A DNA stretch of 64,000 bases from the human T2T-CHM13v2.0 reference genome, Homo sapiens: assembly GCF_009914755.1 (NCBI RefSeq), contig NC_060930.1; one strand, 5' to 3'. Of the stretch, positions 1 to 13,979 are shown piece after piece (positions within the stretch are counted from its first letter, which is position 1; every line of letters starts with the position of its first letter). The position numbers and the translations under genes were made by a program. The notes under the pieces are model-generated. The model did not search any database and had not been told where the DNA came from. It worked only from the letters and a program-made list of their open reading frames with translations.

Positions 1-714
1 ATTTTATAACATATGATAAGAATTGGATTTTATAAATTAACCAATTAATGGGCAATTTTGTAGTTACTTTTATTTGTAGTAAAAATATATTTTAGGTTTT
101 TAGGGTTAGTGATCTGTGAGTGGCTCTTAAGTATATTCAGTCTTAAAAAAGTTAAAGATCGTGTATTATTGTTTCCAATGCCAGTATAGCATTTTCACCA
201 TCTTGACAATATTTATTCCAGTCTTGCCATCTTACAACTTGGTTTGGTTATCATTTGGAAGCACATTGTAGATAATTAGAAACTGGACATTTAAAAAAAA
301 TTGATAATTAAACAACAATATATACTGTTAAAACTGCACACTGATTATTGGCAAATATTTCAGAAGACATAATTTAAGTAATTCAGCTGCTCTAAATTCT
401 TTAAGGTAACTTGATGCCCTTTGTATCAGTAAATTTTTTTTTCCTTTCAAAGCAAAGAAAAAAAACAAAATCATAAATGGAAAAAATACCTCATGAAATC
501 TCACTATTTGTCAACTTCATTTTAAATCACATTATTGCTAACAGTTCCAAACTTGCCATTTCTATTCATTTCTCATCATCACTGTGCTAGCAAAAATCCT
601 ACCACAGTTAATGTTTTGAAGAATATAGACTTGGGAAAATAAATGTAAAAGGCTAATGTCTATGCTAGAGAGAATGAGAGATAAATTAGGCTTGGTTATA
701 CATGCCTTTATTGG

Positions 715-1700
715 TTATTCATTGAGGACCTCAGCTATGGGCCAGGCACTGGCCTAAGTAATGAGACAAAAGATAGCAAACATAGACCCCAGCAGCAGAT
801 TTTTTCATATGAAGTTTCAATATATTTAGTGTATTCTTTTGTTAAAGAATATAAAAAAAGTCTCTTAGGAAGCTATGTGTTTGATGTTTGAGATAACTTG
901 TCCAAAGATGAAGGTCAAGGAAGTTCATTTAAGAAAGGTGACATTCAGCTGGTCTTAGAGCATGTATAGAGTTTGTAATGGGCTTAAAAGGATTCCAGTC
1001 CAAGAAAAATCATGAGGAAATTTACAGAATTGGGAGCTAAAAAAGTAGATCTCATGGAGGCAGAGAATATAATAGTGGTTACCAAAGACTGGGAGGGGAA
1101 GAGAGAAGGGGGGGATGAAAAGAAGTTGGTTAAGGGATATAAAAATACAATTAGATAGAAGGAATAAGTTCCAGTATTTGATTGTATAGTAGGGAAGTTA
1201 TAATTAACAATAATTTATTATAGATTTCAAAATAGCTAGAAAAGAAGAATTATGAGATGATGGATATCCCAATTACTATGATTTGGTCATTACACATTGT
1301 GTATGCATATCAAAATATTACATGCACTCCCAGAATGTGGGCAACTATTATATATCAATAAAAATACAGAAAAAAAAGAGGATACACTGGAGGAAAAATC
1401 TGCTGAACTTGAGGACTAGAAGGGAAATCATTAGGCATGCAAGAGGGAGTAATTGGACTTGGGTGTTTGGAATTTGGGAAGGGGTTATAGAAATATTTCA
1501 CAATATAAGGAATTCAAGACAAAAATATTTTGGACAAAGATTAGAGTTTAATTTTTGGGTCATGTAGTTTCCAGCATGCCTGGGGCACCGAGTGAAGGTG
1601 TCCAGTGGGTAGATAGATATTAAAAATCAGAGAACATTAGATTTATCTGAGCTAGAAAAAATATGTGGGGGTCATCCTTATAAAAGGATGGTTTAAATTA
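715..1700 (-). mobile_element. L2 LINE fragments, interrupted by L1MA
   Basis: attcattgaggacctcagctatgggccaggcactg resembles an antisense L2 3' end; degenerate L2-like sequence resumes after 1480. Confidence 0.55.
1031..1378 (+). mobile_element. L1MA-family 3' end
   Basis: tgggagctaaaaaagtagatctcatggagg...ttagatagaaggaataagttc...tatatcaataaaaa followed by an A tail. Confidence 0.85.
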
Positions 1701-2054
1701 GTTGTAGTATAGATAGTGGTCAAGAAACATTACCTTGAATTAGTGGTTATTATCCCCACTAACCTGACAGAACTGCAGAAAACAATGGCAAAGCTTTATG
1801 CCTGTCCTTATTTTAATTTTGGCTCAGTGCATGTCTGTGAAAAGGGGGGAAATCTATTGTATTCTCTCATGCCCCTTCCAAGTTAGCTCTCAGAAATAGT
1901 CAGAAAATAAAATAATTTAGATCTGCTATCATTCCCTAAAAAAAAAACTTTAGGGGAGCTTTTATCCTGATTTTTACTTGACTCATGGTGGCTTATTCTC
2001 CAGGATGACAGATGACAGTTCTGTCATAATGGACACGGCATCACACAGTTTGAG

Positions 2055-2364
<310 letters not shown>

Positions 2365-2369
2365 TGAGA

Positions 2370-2505
2370 TTTTAGCAGCTGTTTGGGTGCAAGTTTCTTC
2401 TCTGAGCCCATAATTCCCATTATATCTATCCTTGAATGTTCTTCTGATGATTAAATGATGTAATATATGTAAAACATCAAGTTGAGTGCCATATACTCAA
2501 CAATG
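2370..2505 (+). mobile_element. MIR fragment
   Basis: gcaagtt...tctgagcc...gattaaatgatgtaatatatgtaaaac resembles MIR core and tail. Confidence 0.55.
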
Positions 2506-5419
2506 ATATTTCCCATCTCTTTTTCAAGACAACACTTTTAGTAGCACTTTAATAATTTACTTTTCACATACTTGAATTAGAATATCTATCTGTGGTCTCT
2601 GTAATTTTCATTTTGGTTCTGTGTAATGATACTTTTTAAACAAAACTAGTAGATATGAGGAAAGGGGCAGTGAAGCTTTATAAGCTGCTATGCTTGCAAT
2701 GGGGCTGTACCTTCTCTCACTAAGACATCAAATTCACTAAAAAATATGTTTGATAGGGCAGCTGCTCCTACCAGCTTTTTGAGAATTCCATCAGTTTTCA
2801 TCCTTGATTATTTTGCCTGCTCCTGATGAAATAATATTCCTTTTTTCACCTGCTAATATGCGACACATGTTTTTAAGCACAATGAACTAGACAAGTGAAA
2901 ACTGAGGCATGAAGGATAAGACAGTGAACCATCAGGCAGGGCTTCTTTCTTTAATTGTGCTTTTTGGTTCTATTAAGTATCTTATAATGATAAATTATTG
3001 AGAATTGTAAAAGATCAAAACACATGTTCTGAGAGCAGAAAATATATATTTTTTCACTGAAAACATAGTTTTAATCATAAATGAAAGGAAGCAAATATTT
3101 CCAAAAAACATCTTAATAATTCGATTCAGATTTGTTGAAACATTGTGTTGTCCTATATTGTACCATGTAGAGCATTCATTTTAATAATTTAACTTCAGCT
3201 GGATGCTTTCCAATGATGTACTTAGGTACTTACATAATTAGAAAAATCAGTGATTTTTGCAAATGCTTTTACCCCTTTATCCCACACAATTTTTCCATTT
3301 AAAAATATTTTTAAAGGCTGAATATCTGAATTTTAAGTGAGATTTGATAAATTATAAATGTCACAGGAAAAATATAAGGCATCATACTTTACATTTTTGT
3401 GTAAAACATTTTAAAATTGGAATTTGGAATAATAGGACTATCTAATATTTGTATGATGTTTTAAAGTGTAAAGTACCTTTTCATCTACATTATCTAAACA
3501 CTCTTCCTGTAAACCCTATGAAGTTGACTTGGAGAGCCATTATCCTTGTCTTTCTGATTTTAGCACATTTTAGTCTTCCATTATTTTCTTTTATGGGAAA
3601 AACAAAAAAAAATAAGCTTTAATACTTTAAAAAATGCAACAAACAATACAAAAATTTAATAGAAGAGATGTAATATTCAATATTTCTATTTTACCATACT
3701 ATTTATGAATATTACAGTAAACTACTTCAGTATTTGCTTAATATGTGCATCTTGGATCCACCCGCCAAGGCTGAATACAAAATACAACACACCTATTTTT
3801 TTACATTCAAATTATCATTAGGCTAATTGCTAGAAGTCATGTCTCCTCAAGTCACGTTTAAGCTGGTTTTAAGAGGTTTCTAGTGTTCTGCTTCATGTGT
3901 GTTAAAACAAGCATTTACATTTCTTTCTTATTTTGTTACAATACTGCGTCCACTAACAATGACCCCCAGAAGAACGCTATTCTCTTGTGCACAGCTGTGG
4001 CATGGGGATGGAATGAGTGAGGCTCTCTCTTTGAACACTTCTGTAAAAACTTGGGACACTTTCCTACTTCTTCACAGCAAAATTAAGATCAGGTCACAGA
4101 CAGAAGTGAGACTGTATCAAAGCCTTTTTGAAAATATAAGAAAGAATAACTGAGTGTAACATCAACTGAAATGGCAAAGGTTCATCTCAAGAGCCAGATG
4201 CCCAACCTGAATTCAAGTTGCTCACTGTGCCTGTATGTCTAGCAAAGACACCAGGCAGGAGTCGGCTTTCTCCCTAATGTAAGTATTTCAAATGTCTACT
4301 TGCCTTGGAGAGTTGACCAAACTGTCATCTCATTTTCTACCAGACACTGGGAAGAAGTTAAGGTGCCTCCTTGCGCTATATAAACCCCACTGCACTTCTC
4401 CACCAGATTAACTTCTTCATCATATTATTCCTTTCAGGGGAATTTCCTACCTCACAGCTCCTTCAGCATATGATCTGGTACCATGGATCCAATGTGATCC
4501 TCTTGGTGCAAAGTAACATTTCCCAAACTCTTGATTTGTTCAGATTAAAGGAACATGTGTATGGGACAATAGCACTCCGATGTATGTTACACTCTGCCAA
4601 TACAACACTGTTCATTCCATTCATTCTGTAGGGTGAGGGAATGGAGCCTCATGATTATACTCTCTCTCCCTCCTGCAATAGTCTCATCCATATTCCCCAA
4701 AATGTTACAAAAAAATATGTCTCAGGAATGAGGCTACTTAAATCTAGACTTTTAAGATTTAGGAGGAATATATTTAACATAATGTACAGGGGCTGGATTG
4801 TCCTGAAAGATGTGCCAATTACATTACCAAACAGAACACATTCCATTTCGGTCTGAAACATCTGCACTTGATTTACCTCATGGTATTCAGACCTTCCCCA
4901 AAAGAAGTATATATAGAGCTCTAAGAGAAAAATAGGCCCTTCTAAAGTGGTTCCTCGAACAACAAGGGATTAGTTGGTTACCAGTATAATTCTGCCAATC
5001 TTTATCCTAGAAGCAGAAAATATTGATGACTCTTAAAACACACTTTTCCCAACCTTTGTAAAGAAAGTGTTTGGTTCAGTCTTTACCAGTCAGCACAATA
5101 TATTTATTTTTAAATTCTCTAATTTTTCTACTTTGAAGAGTTTCTAAATGAATATAATTCTAAAGATAAAGTGCATTTTTATATGTTCTTTGAATTATTC
5201 AGTTCACCTGAGTGTAAAATATGACAATGGTGATGTAAATGTATTCACTCCACTTCCTTTTTTAGTGTGCAAATTATTTAACAAAGAAGATTGCATTGAA
5301 TGTATAAACAGTGAGGAAAGAAACTACTAAAAGAAATTTCATGTCAATAAATAAATATTTACTACTTTATTTTAGGGATTAGATTTAATCAAATTCTACC
5401 TGTGTCAGAAATCCATATG

Positions 5420-5645
5420 CAGTTGACCCTTGAACAATGCAGGGGATAGGGGTGCTGACCCCCACACAGTTGAAAATTCATGTATAACTTTTGACTCCTC
5501 TAAAATGTAACTACTATTTACCTATTGTTGACCAGAAGACTTAACAATAACATGAACAGTAGATTAACACATATTTTGTGTATTATATGTTACCAATATA
5601 ATTCTGCCAATCTTTATCTTTATATACCTATTTTATATATATATA

Positions 5646-5679
<34 letters not shown>

Positions 5680-5922
5680 AGCAAACTAGAGAAAAGAAAC
5701 TGTTATTAAAATTATAAGAAAGAGAAAATATATTTACTATTTAAGTAGATAGTGGATCATTGTAAAGGTTCTCATCCTTGTCATCTTCATACTGAGTAAG
5801 CTGAAAAGGAGGAGGAAGAGGAGGGGTTGGTCTTGCTGTCTCAGGGGTGACAGAGGTGAAAGAAAGTCTACATGTAAGAGGATCTGTGCAGGTGCAAACC
5901 CATGTTGTTCAAGAGCCAACTG
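5420..5922. mobile_element. Tigger2a (MER28-type) TcMar-Tigger DNA transposon with internal (TA)n and a foreign insert
   Basis: TIRs cagttgacccttgaacaa ... ttgttcaagagccaactg, with TA at the 3' flank and characteristic gaggaggaagaggaggggttggtcttgctgtctcagggg. Confidence 0.9.
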
Positions 5923-6474
5923 TACAAGTGTTCTGTCTTCTTAAATGAAGCCAATTTTGGTAAGTGTGATCATAATACATATGAAAACATGTAGTGTATA
6001 TTTTGAAATCTTAAGTTTGATCTGTTGGCAGAATGTGACTAGATTAAACTTCAAATGTATTGAAGAAAATACTTTCTGAGGGAATACTATGTGGAAAGAT
6101 ATCACTACAGCTACTTACTTGTGTTCACATAAAAACATCTAGCTGTATGCAGACTTTCTCCTTTAAAAAATTTTCTCCTTTAACAAATTTTTAAATTTCT
6201 AAATATTTAAAAAAGAGTCTTGCCTTAAAATTTTTAGTATAACAATTTTGAATTTCAAGAAATTAGAATCTGAATTGTTAATAAAAGTCAAACTAAGAAA
6301 CAACAACTTTACTAATGTATCTTTCCATAGTATATTCATCCAGTCTAAAAATGAAAAAATTTCAAATATCATTAGTATAACCAAAAGGTCTTATGTTACT
6401 TTATCAGTTATTAGCCATTTCAAAATCAATCAGTGAATTAAGTAAAACAAGAAAATTTTTTTATTCTCTATATA

Positions 6475-6735
6475 AATTTTTATATAATAGACATATGTAT
6501 GCCTATTATATATAATATAAATGTCTATTATATATGATAGACTTTATATAATAGGCATATACATATAATAGACATTTTATGATAGACATATATACATATA
6601 TTCAGATATGTATACATATATACATGTCTATTAAATACATACATTTTCTATAATAGACAAATATAAATGTAATAGACATTTATATATGTATATATGACTA
6701 TCATATAAAATATATATCTATTAAATAAAAATTTC
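6475..6735. repeat. TA-rich patchwork repeat built from TAATAGACA/TGTCTATTA motifs
   Basis: The motif recurs about 10 times in both orientations within TA-rich sequence. Confidence 0.8.
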
Positions 6736-9700
6736 TTTGGGAGACATTTTAAAAATTACAGAGCGAGGAAGCTAGAAAGCTCTGTAATTTTTAGTGTATC
6801 ATCAATATAAAGGTCAGAAACTGTTTTACCTACAAACATATATTTCATTGTATTTTCTGAGTGCCCTGTCCACTGTAGTAGGCACCTTAAATATTTTTTG
6901 ATGGCATTCATGATGGGAAATGTTATATTTATTTTGCGATTTTCTTATAGTTTGATTCTTGTTCATTCACATTCTTTCTATCTTATTTCAAGATTCCATG
7001 ATCTCTCTTGTCATATTGTAGTACTTTCTAAATCATTTTATATCTCAAAAAGTCTTTTGTTTCCAATGCATCTTACAAGATAAATGCCATATTAACTTCA
7101 CAAATGCAAATCTGTCATGTCACTGACTTCTTTAAAGACTCCAAGCATTCTTCATTTTTTTTCTAAATTTACATCAAATCTCAAAACTGATATTATCTTT
7201 TATTGCTTAGGTGTTACCTGTTTTTCCTCTATAGCACATATTTTCTTTATCAACTTCACATTCTGGGCAAATGGAATAACATCCTGTTTCATAAACTTAC
7301 TCTCAAGAATCATTCTAAGTCCAGCTATAATGCTGCCAGCTTCAGAAATTCTTTAGAAACAGAGTTGGTGTTTGAGTTGCCTACCTGTTTGGAATCTAAA
7401 CCTTAATCAATAAAGTTACACTTCTGTTTCTTAGAGAGGTAACCAGGGTTATTTTGTGGAAGAGCATGGTAGGTTCATCCCATATGTCAACTTATTGAAT
7501 ACTACCATCCTGAATCCATTATTAACTCATCTTCTGAATTTGCTTATACAAGTATCATTTTGTTCTTTACTGTCTAAAATAATTATTTACCATCATAAGA
7601 TAATTTTTATAAAACAAATAGGAGAAAACTAATTTTACCTTTTAAAATAATATGCCACTTGTAGATGTAGAATACAAAGGCAAATATTTAGATGTAAAGC
7701 ATAATTTAATATTCTTGTTTCTAACCAGTATGAACTTTATTGATCTTATTAACTTTGTAAAAATAATCTTGGGAGAATTGTATAGAATATATGTTGTTTA
7801 TCTTAGTAAATGAAAAAAAGAAGTACTTTTGTGTTTAAGTAGCTTTTTTGTCAAATTAATAATACTAAACATAAGTGTTAATCTTTTCTTTTCAAAACTA
7901 TTTCACATCATTTTTTCATTTGATTTTCTCAGCTCTCTGTACTGTACTATAAGGCATGTTTCTGCTCAACATTCTACATTGAGCATAAACAAGGACTAAT
8001 GCCAAGGTAACCTAAATCCTTTGTGCTTCTTTGGGCACTTGACATGCTCACAACCATGGGTACCATTTCTATTAAATGCAATTATCTAATTGGAAAAGTT
8101 GCAAATAATCTGATGAGTGAGAAATGCAGATTCAATCAAGTCTCAGCTTACTACCACTGATTATAATATAAATCCTGGTTTGAGCCTAACCCTTTTACAT
8201 GACTATCCCTTCTTCTGTTTATCTACTTTACTAAACAATGTCCTCTAGCATATAGACTGTACTTGTATCCTAAAGAAATCTTAGAATTGCATCTGGTTAT
8301 AAGAGGATGAATAATAAATGTAATTTGAAGATGTAAATGATGCTACTAAGGATTTTAAACTCTTGGTAATCTTACTGTGCAATGCAAATGTCAACCATAA
8401 AATTTATTTTTATAGCCTTGTGACCATTTCTAACTATCTTAAAAGTTATTAAAATTTGCCTTCAACACATTTTTATTTAGGTGATTTTTTGGTTATTTAA
8501 AAATTATTTTAAAACTTTTTGGTTTTTTAAAAATTCTGATAACGAGTCTATCCAGTCACATATGAAAGTCTACAGAAAATAGTGCAGCATGCAACTACAT
8601 TATTCTACAGCAATGGAAGCTGTCATATAACTATGTTCCTTTTCACAATGAAAATAAACTTGCCTGGAGTCCTGTGTTTCAACAGACCATTACAGAGCTG
8701 GAGTAGGAGGCAATTACAAAGACAAGGACCCTCCATGAAAAAGTCTTGCTTTGAGAGCCATAATATTCACGTTTGTCCCTAGCTGTGAGTATAAACCAAT
8801 GGAGGAGAGACTTCTGAAATTGCAAAGACACATACATTCTGTACAAAATCATAGCTTTGTTATTCTGAGTCCTTTGTAACAAATATAGGTTACATGAACT
8901 TTAGCCTCCCAGATAGTTTTAATTTTAATTCAAAAAAACCCTACTTTTTAGTATTGAAAAGTATAAACGATAAACATTTAATCACATAAATTATATAAGG
9001 GAAAAATAAAATTAAGCAAAAATGCTAACAGTCTCAAAAGGTATTTTTAAAATTATAATATTATAAATAAAGCTTTTAAAAGTAATTAAGTAGATGTTAA
9101 ACTTTATGATCCAAACGGAACTACATTCCCAATAGAAGTTCTTTTATGGCTGATACCTTGAAATCTACACAGGAAGTAAATAATCTGCTTAGTAAATTTA
9201 TAAATATAAATATTATAAAGCTGAGTGGCTTAACTTTATTGCTGAATTATTCCAAATATATTTAGTGTGTTTGTAAACACATGTATATCTAGTGATATAC
9301 ATGTACGAGGATCTAATTTTTATACATTTTTACTATACCTCATATATGTTACCCAAATAATAGTCCAGGGAATTCTTTATGTTTATGTTGATATTTCTAT
9401 CCAAAGAATAACCAAATATTAATTTAAACAAAAACGCTAATTGCTTATGAAAAATAGATATTAATTAGAGTACATCTTTAGCCTCCTAAATCCTTTCGGA
9501 AGGAATGATTGTAATAAGGTGAGTAAATTCCTAGATAACTAAAGGTTAACCTCCTCTGCCTGGATATATTTATTTTAAATACTATTGCTGGAAATCTTTT
9601 TGAATTACTTTCTTTCTTGCCTTCTTAAATAAATAGTACATTGAGTTTAACACAAACATTTCTTATTGAATCAGAGTAATCTTTGAACTTTGTTTATTGT

Positions 9701-9819
9701 GAAGCACTAAAGCTTCAGCTACTTGTAGTAATATAGATAGAATGGAAAATGCAATCAAATGGCTATGATGCTTGAAACATGCAAAAACTGCTTAAGACTG
9801 TCTTCCTCAGTAGTTGATA

Positions 9820-10070
9820 TTAGTGCAGTGGGTGAGAGAGCAGCCTTTGAAAACATATAGGCTCAAGTTTGAATCTCAGTCCTCCCACTTCCATGATCTC
9901 TATACAGTTTGGGAAAGATCATTTTACCGCTACAAAATTTACTTTTCTATCTGGTAAACTTGGGGTAATATTAATCTTGTAGGGTAAGTATAAGGAATGA
10001 ATATGATAATCTATGTAAATCACTTGAGCCTTCTGGCATTTAATAAATGCTCAAGAAATGGTGATGATAT
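9820..10070 (+). mobile_element. MIR, near full length
   Basis: tagtgcagtgggtgagagagc...gtttgaatctcag...tatgtaaatcactt...taaatgctcaagaaatgg. Confidence 0.8.
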
Positions 10071-10954
10071 TCTACAAGCAGCAGATAGTGAGAGCAGTGT
10101 GAAAACTAGAGAAGGACAAATCAGGATAAATAAAGATAGAGTTTCATTCTCCTTTGTCACTCCTCCTATCTTTCTTCCTTTCTTTTCTGCCCAGCCTCCC
10201 CCTTCTCCCCCTGCCAGCTCCCTCTCTGAAGGGACAATATGGTCTCCAGTGAGGGATGTCCCAAATGCAGGACACATCTTTGAGTACCTTATTGAAAAAT
10301 TAAATGGCAGTTCACCTAAGAAGTTCTTCCATGTACCTAAACTTGGAGGATCATCGATAGAACCACTAATTTGAGTTACTCTTCCTTGCTGGACATGATT
10401 TGCCCTGACTTGAATGCCAACACTTTAGCAGATATTTGCACATGTCTGATCAAGGTCAAACCTTTCCCTGTGGTCTCAGAAGAGTGAACTTGGCTGACCT
10501 CCAGGGCCTTGGATGGGAGTCTTGACTTTATTGACAGTTGAGTAACTTTCTCAGGCCAATGGAGGGAAGACTTGTTTGGAAGGATGATTAATCCTTATTA
10601 ACTTTTCCGTGAAAATGACATGAAAAGGTAAATTAAATGCCAAGTCTACTGTGGTCTGTTGTGAAGGGAGCTTTTGTTTAATCTTGTTTTCTTCTTCTAG
10701 CATTATTTAATTTAATTGAAAGGATAGTTCTTGTGATTTTTCTGTAGAGTTTGATTAAATATTCTAGGCTGCTATGTGCAGTATTTTTGTGTATTGTGAG
10801 ATTTAGATATTTTGGAGTATCTTAGAAAACTGTCATCTTAGAATTAGGTTGCTATTTAAAAATAAACAGTTTGCAAAAATGAAAGCAATATCCTTTAACT
10901 TGCATGTTTAGTCACAGTGATCAGTATTGATATGTTTGTTAAAAACAGTTGGTT

Positions 10955-11067
10955 TACACGTGCCATGATGGTTTGCTGCACCCATCACCCCAACATCTAC
11001 ATTAGGTATATCTCCTACTGCTATCACAGAATATAAAGTACTATAATAATAATAAAAATAATAAAAA
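10955..11067 (+). mobile_element. Very short L1PA 3' insertion with 5' inversion
   Basis: 10955-11025 is the reverse complement of the L1PA 3'UTR (gatagca..ggaga..acctaatgtaga..gggtgcagcaaacca..atggcacgtgt). 11026-11067 is the sense terminus cagaa..taaagta..taataa plus A-rich tail. Confidence 0.8.
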
Positions 11068-11106
11068 CTGATTAGTAACATAAAAAAAGATTGGTCATTT
11101 TCTTAG

Positions 11107-11241
11107 TGCCATGTTTTCAATTCACATTTATTTTATCTTTTCACTGATGAGTTTGCATTAATTTTGCAAAAATTTTGCCATGTGTTTTTAATTCATATTT
11201 AGTTTATCTTTTCACTGATGAGTTTGCATTAATTTTGCAAA
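11107..11241. repeat. Tandem duplication, ~70-bp unit x2
   Basis: tttatcttttcactgatgagtttgcattaattttgcaaa is identical in both copies. Confidence 0.95.
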
Positions 11242-12508
11242 GGGAACAACTAAATTGATTCTGTGCAAGAAAGGTATTTTATTTCCCTTTACTTCTCCAA
11301 AATATCTAGTGATTCTGGCCTGGAAATGCTTTAACCCAAATTTTATAGCTTAATAAATTAAAAGAGCATATATGATGATGATGTTTTTAAAATTGAGTAT
11401 AAATACTTTCTGCAGATAATTTGTAGAACTGTGCCTACTTGAAGATGGCCTATATTTCCTAAATTCAGGAAATCAGTAGGGAACTACCAAAATCAATTGT
11501 AAATGGTATTAAAAGGGAATAATTAATAATATAAAAGTTAAATTATCTCTGATAGAAAATAAACTGTCATGGACATCTATACATAACCATGCAGAACATA
11601 TCTGTATATAACAAAATCTCATGCAATAATATGATAACTGTAAATATAAATGCTTACAAAACAGAAAAAAGGTGGAAGATTACACAAAGTATTTGAAAGT
11701 CTATCATCTTCAAACCAGTGTTCTTATTGTCTGCTGCCAGAGTATATACTGTTACAGGCCAATCTTTATTTTTGTGATTCTCAACACTGTTGATCTTGAT
11801 TACTATTCTGTATCTTTTTTAATGATTTTTTGTTACTTTCTAGCTTTGTCATTTAAAAAAAGTTGCTTTTTTATTTTAATAAAAAATTCTTACACAGATA
11901 TTAGCAGCCACAGAGGTACTTCTTTTTAGCAAACAAATTATCACAATATTTGGTAGCAAATTCTTTCTAATGCCTTTTTATGTTCTCCTTGGTGCTTAAC
12001 GGGTACTTTTATTTTTCTTATTTTTAACTCTGAAACAGTATATTTCTACCACTTCCTCATACCACCGCTCTTTCTCCCATCATAATTATTTCTGAGTTTG
12101 CAATCATTGTGATAACACTAGTTTTTGTTGTTAATGTTTTACTGTAAGTGTGCGTAATACAATATGCTATAAGCATTTTAAATACTTGTGCTAAACTGAA
12201 GCCAAATTCAATTTATGATTAAAAAGAGGGGAACAAATAAAAGTAGAATAGGAAATGCTTTGCCATCACAAGGCCAAGGTTAGTTGTTTTGATTTCTTGC
12301 TTAAAGATAAAAATGTATTGTAGATGTGTGTTCCTTTTAGAGTGACTCAAGCATAAGGGGAAGTAGAGACTTTCTATGCTGTAGTTCAAAACGTACCCTG
12401 AGTTATTGTGTTTCTCAAGGCATCTGTACTATTTTCTACCATAGAAATTATTTTCTTGTACTTGGCCTCAGTTTCTTTTTTTTTTTTTTTTTTTAGAATC
12501 ACTTTAAG

Positions 12509-12537
12509 GTGTTTTGTTGTTGTTGTTATTGTTGTTT

Positions 12538-12581
<44 letters not shown>

Positions 12582-12872
12582 TTTTCTGAGACAGAGTCTG
12601 TCTCCGTCATCCAGGCCCAGGCTGCACTGCAGTGACACGACCTTGGCTCCCTGCAACCTCTGCCTCCCAGGTTCAAGAGGTTCTTGCCTCAGCCTCCTGA
12701 GTAGCTGGGATTACAGGTGCCTGCCACCATTCCCGGCTTATTTTTGTATTTTTACTAGAGATGGGTTTCACTGTGTTGGCCAGGCCGGTCTCAAACTCCT
12801 GACCTCAAGTGATCCACCTTCCTCGGCCTCCCAAAGTGCTGGAATTACAGGGGTGAGCCACCACACCCAGAC
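12509..12872 (-). mobile_element. AluS (Sz/Sx-like) with (TTTA)n/(TTG)n tail
   Basis: Antisense dimer with TSD actttaag at 12501-12508 and 12873-12880. Confidence 0.97.
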
Positions 12873-13979
12873 ACTTTAAGTTTGATAATTCACGTGTGGT
12901 GATGGTTGTGATGTCTGGTGGTGCTTAGTGAAGGTGTTGCCTACTACAAGTTTTTGGCATAAAGGAAGACCTCAAACTTTGCTCGAATCATCTTTTATTG
13001 TCTATGTTTGTCTTTTGTAGTTTACTCAGACATGCTTGGGGTTGGTTAGACTACTGGTCATAGATTGCTCAGGAGCAGATTTCACCTTGAGCAACCAGGA
13101 GGCAGCATGTTGATGGGGACAAAAGCAGTCTGAAGAAACAAAGCTAATTGTTGAAAGAAGCCACAGGCCTTGAGATACACATTCCTCTTTAATTATTTTG
13201 CAGAGAATCAGCTCTAATACTCACGTTGTTTCATAATCCAGTTCTTTTCCTTCTGGAGGATTTCTATCATTTTCACTCATCTGTAAACAAATTCCAAAAT
13301 TAGTTTTATTCATTTCTAAATCTCTGGGGCTCAGCAAAGTGTTGGATACATTGTGACAAAATATTTGTGATAGATCTATTTCTGCTGAATCTGACTCCTT
13401 CATTTTATATACTTATTTTTTTCCAGGGTGTTCATTTTTACAGACCACTTGAATTCTTTCATTGGACACCACAGGGGCTCATGTAACCTGTAAATACAAA
13501 TAAGCCTTCAGTATTTAACCAATATAAATTGAGAATTCCCTAATTCTCTACAACAAAAGTGACAACAAAAGTGGGGGTGTTTTTCTTCTTTTATGGTAGA
13601 ATTTAAAAGCTTGTTCTAGAGAAATTTTCCTTTAATTTATAAAAATCTTTTGTCAGTAATATTAAACTCTAACTAGACTTGATGTTTTTTCTCCCTAAGA
13701 AATCATGTAACTTGCACGCAGTTACCATCATGTCACTCTTTTTACTTCTCTTTAATGCACTCAAAATTTTAATTTATACTGAGAATAGAATTTTAGGTCT
13801 TGATTGTATTTTCTATTGAGATTATATATAAAAATATTTCATGATACATAAAATGGAAGGAAATGTTTTGAAGGATAAATTATAGGTGTTTATATATACT
13901 GTTTATTAAAAATACAAGGATAATACAAAGCAACTGAAAATTTTAAAACAGCAAATGTGAGCTTGAATTTTAGTTGAGG

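Noticed and set aside
3298-3315. 18-bp palindrome tttaaaaatatttttaaa
   Set aside because: Pure A/T; expected by chance in DNA this AT-rich.
9997-10374. 125-aa ORF with a Pro/Ser-rich segment
   Set aside because: Starts in a MIR tail, the Pro/Ser run comes from a pyrimidine tract, and no homology is recognisable.
12408-12879. 75-aa and 121-aa ORFs
   Set aside because: Read-through of the (TTTA)n tail and an antisense Alu; a typical Alu pseudo-ORF.
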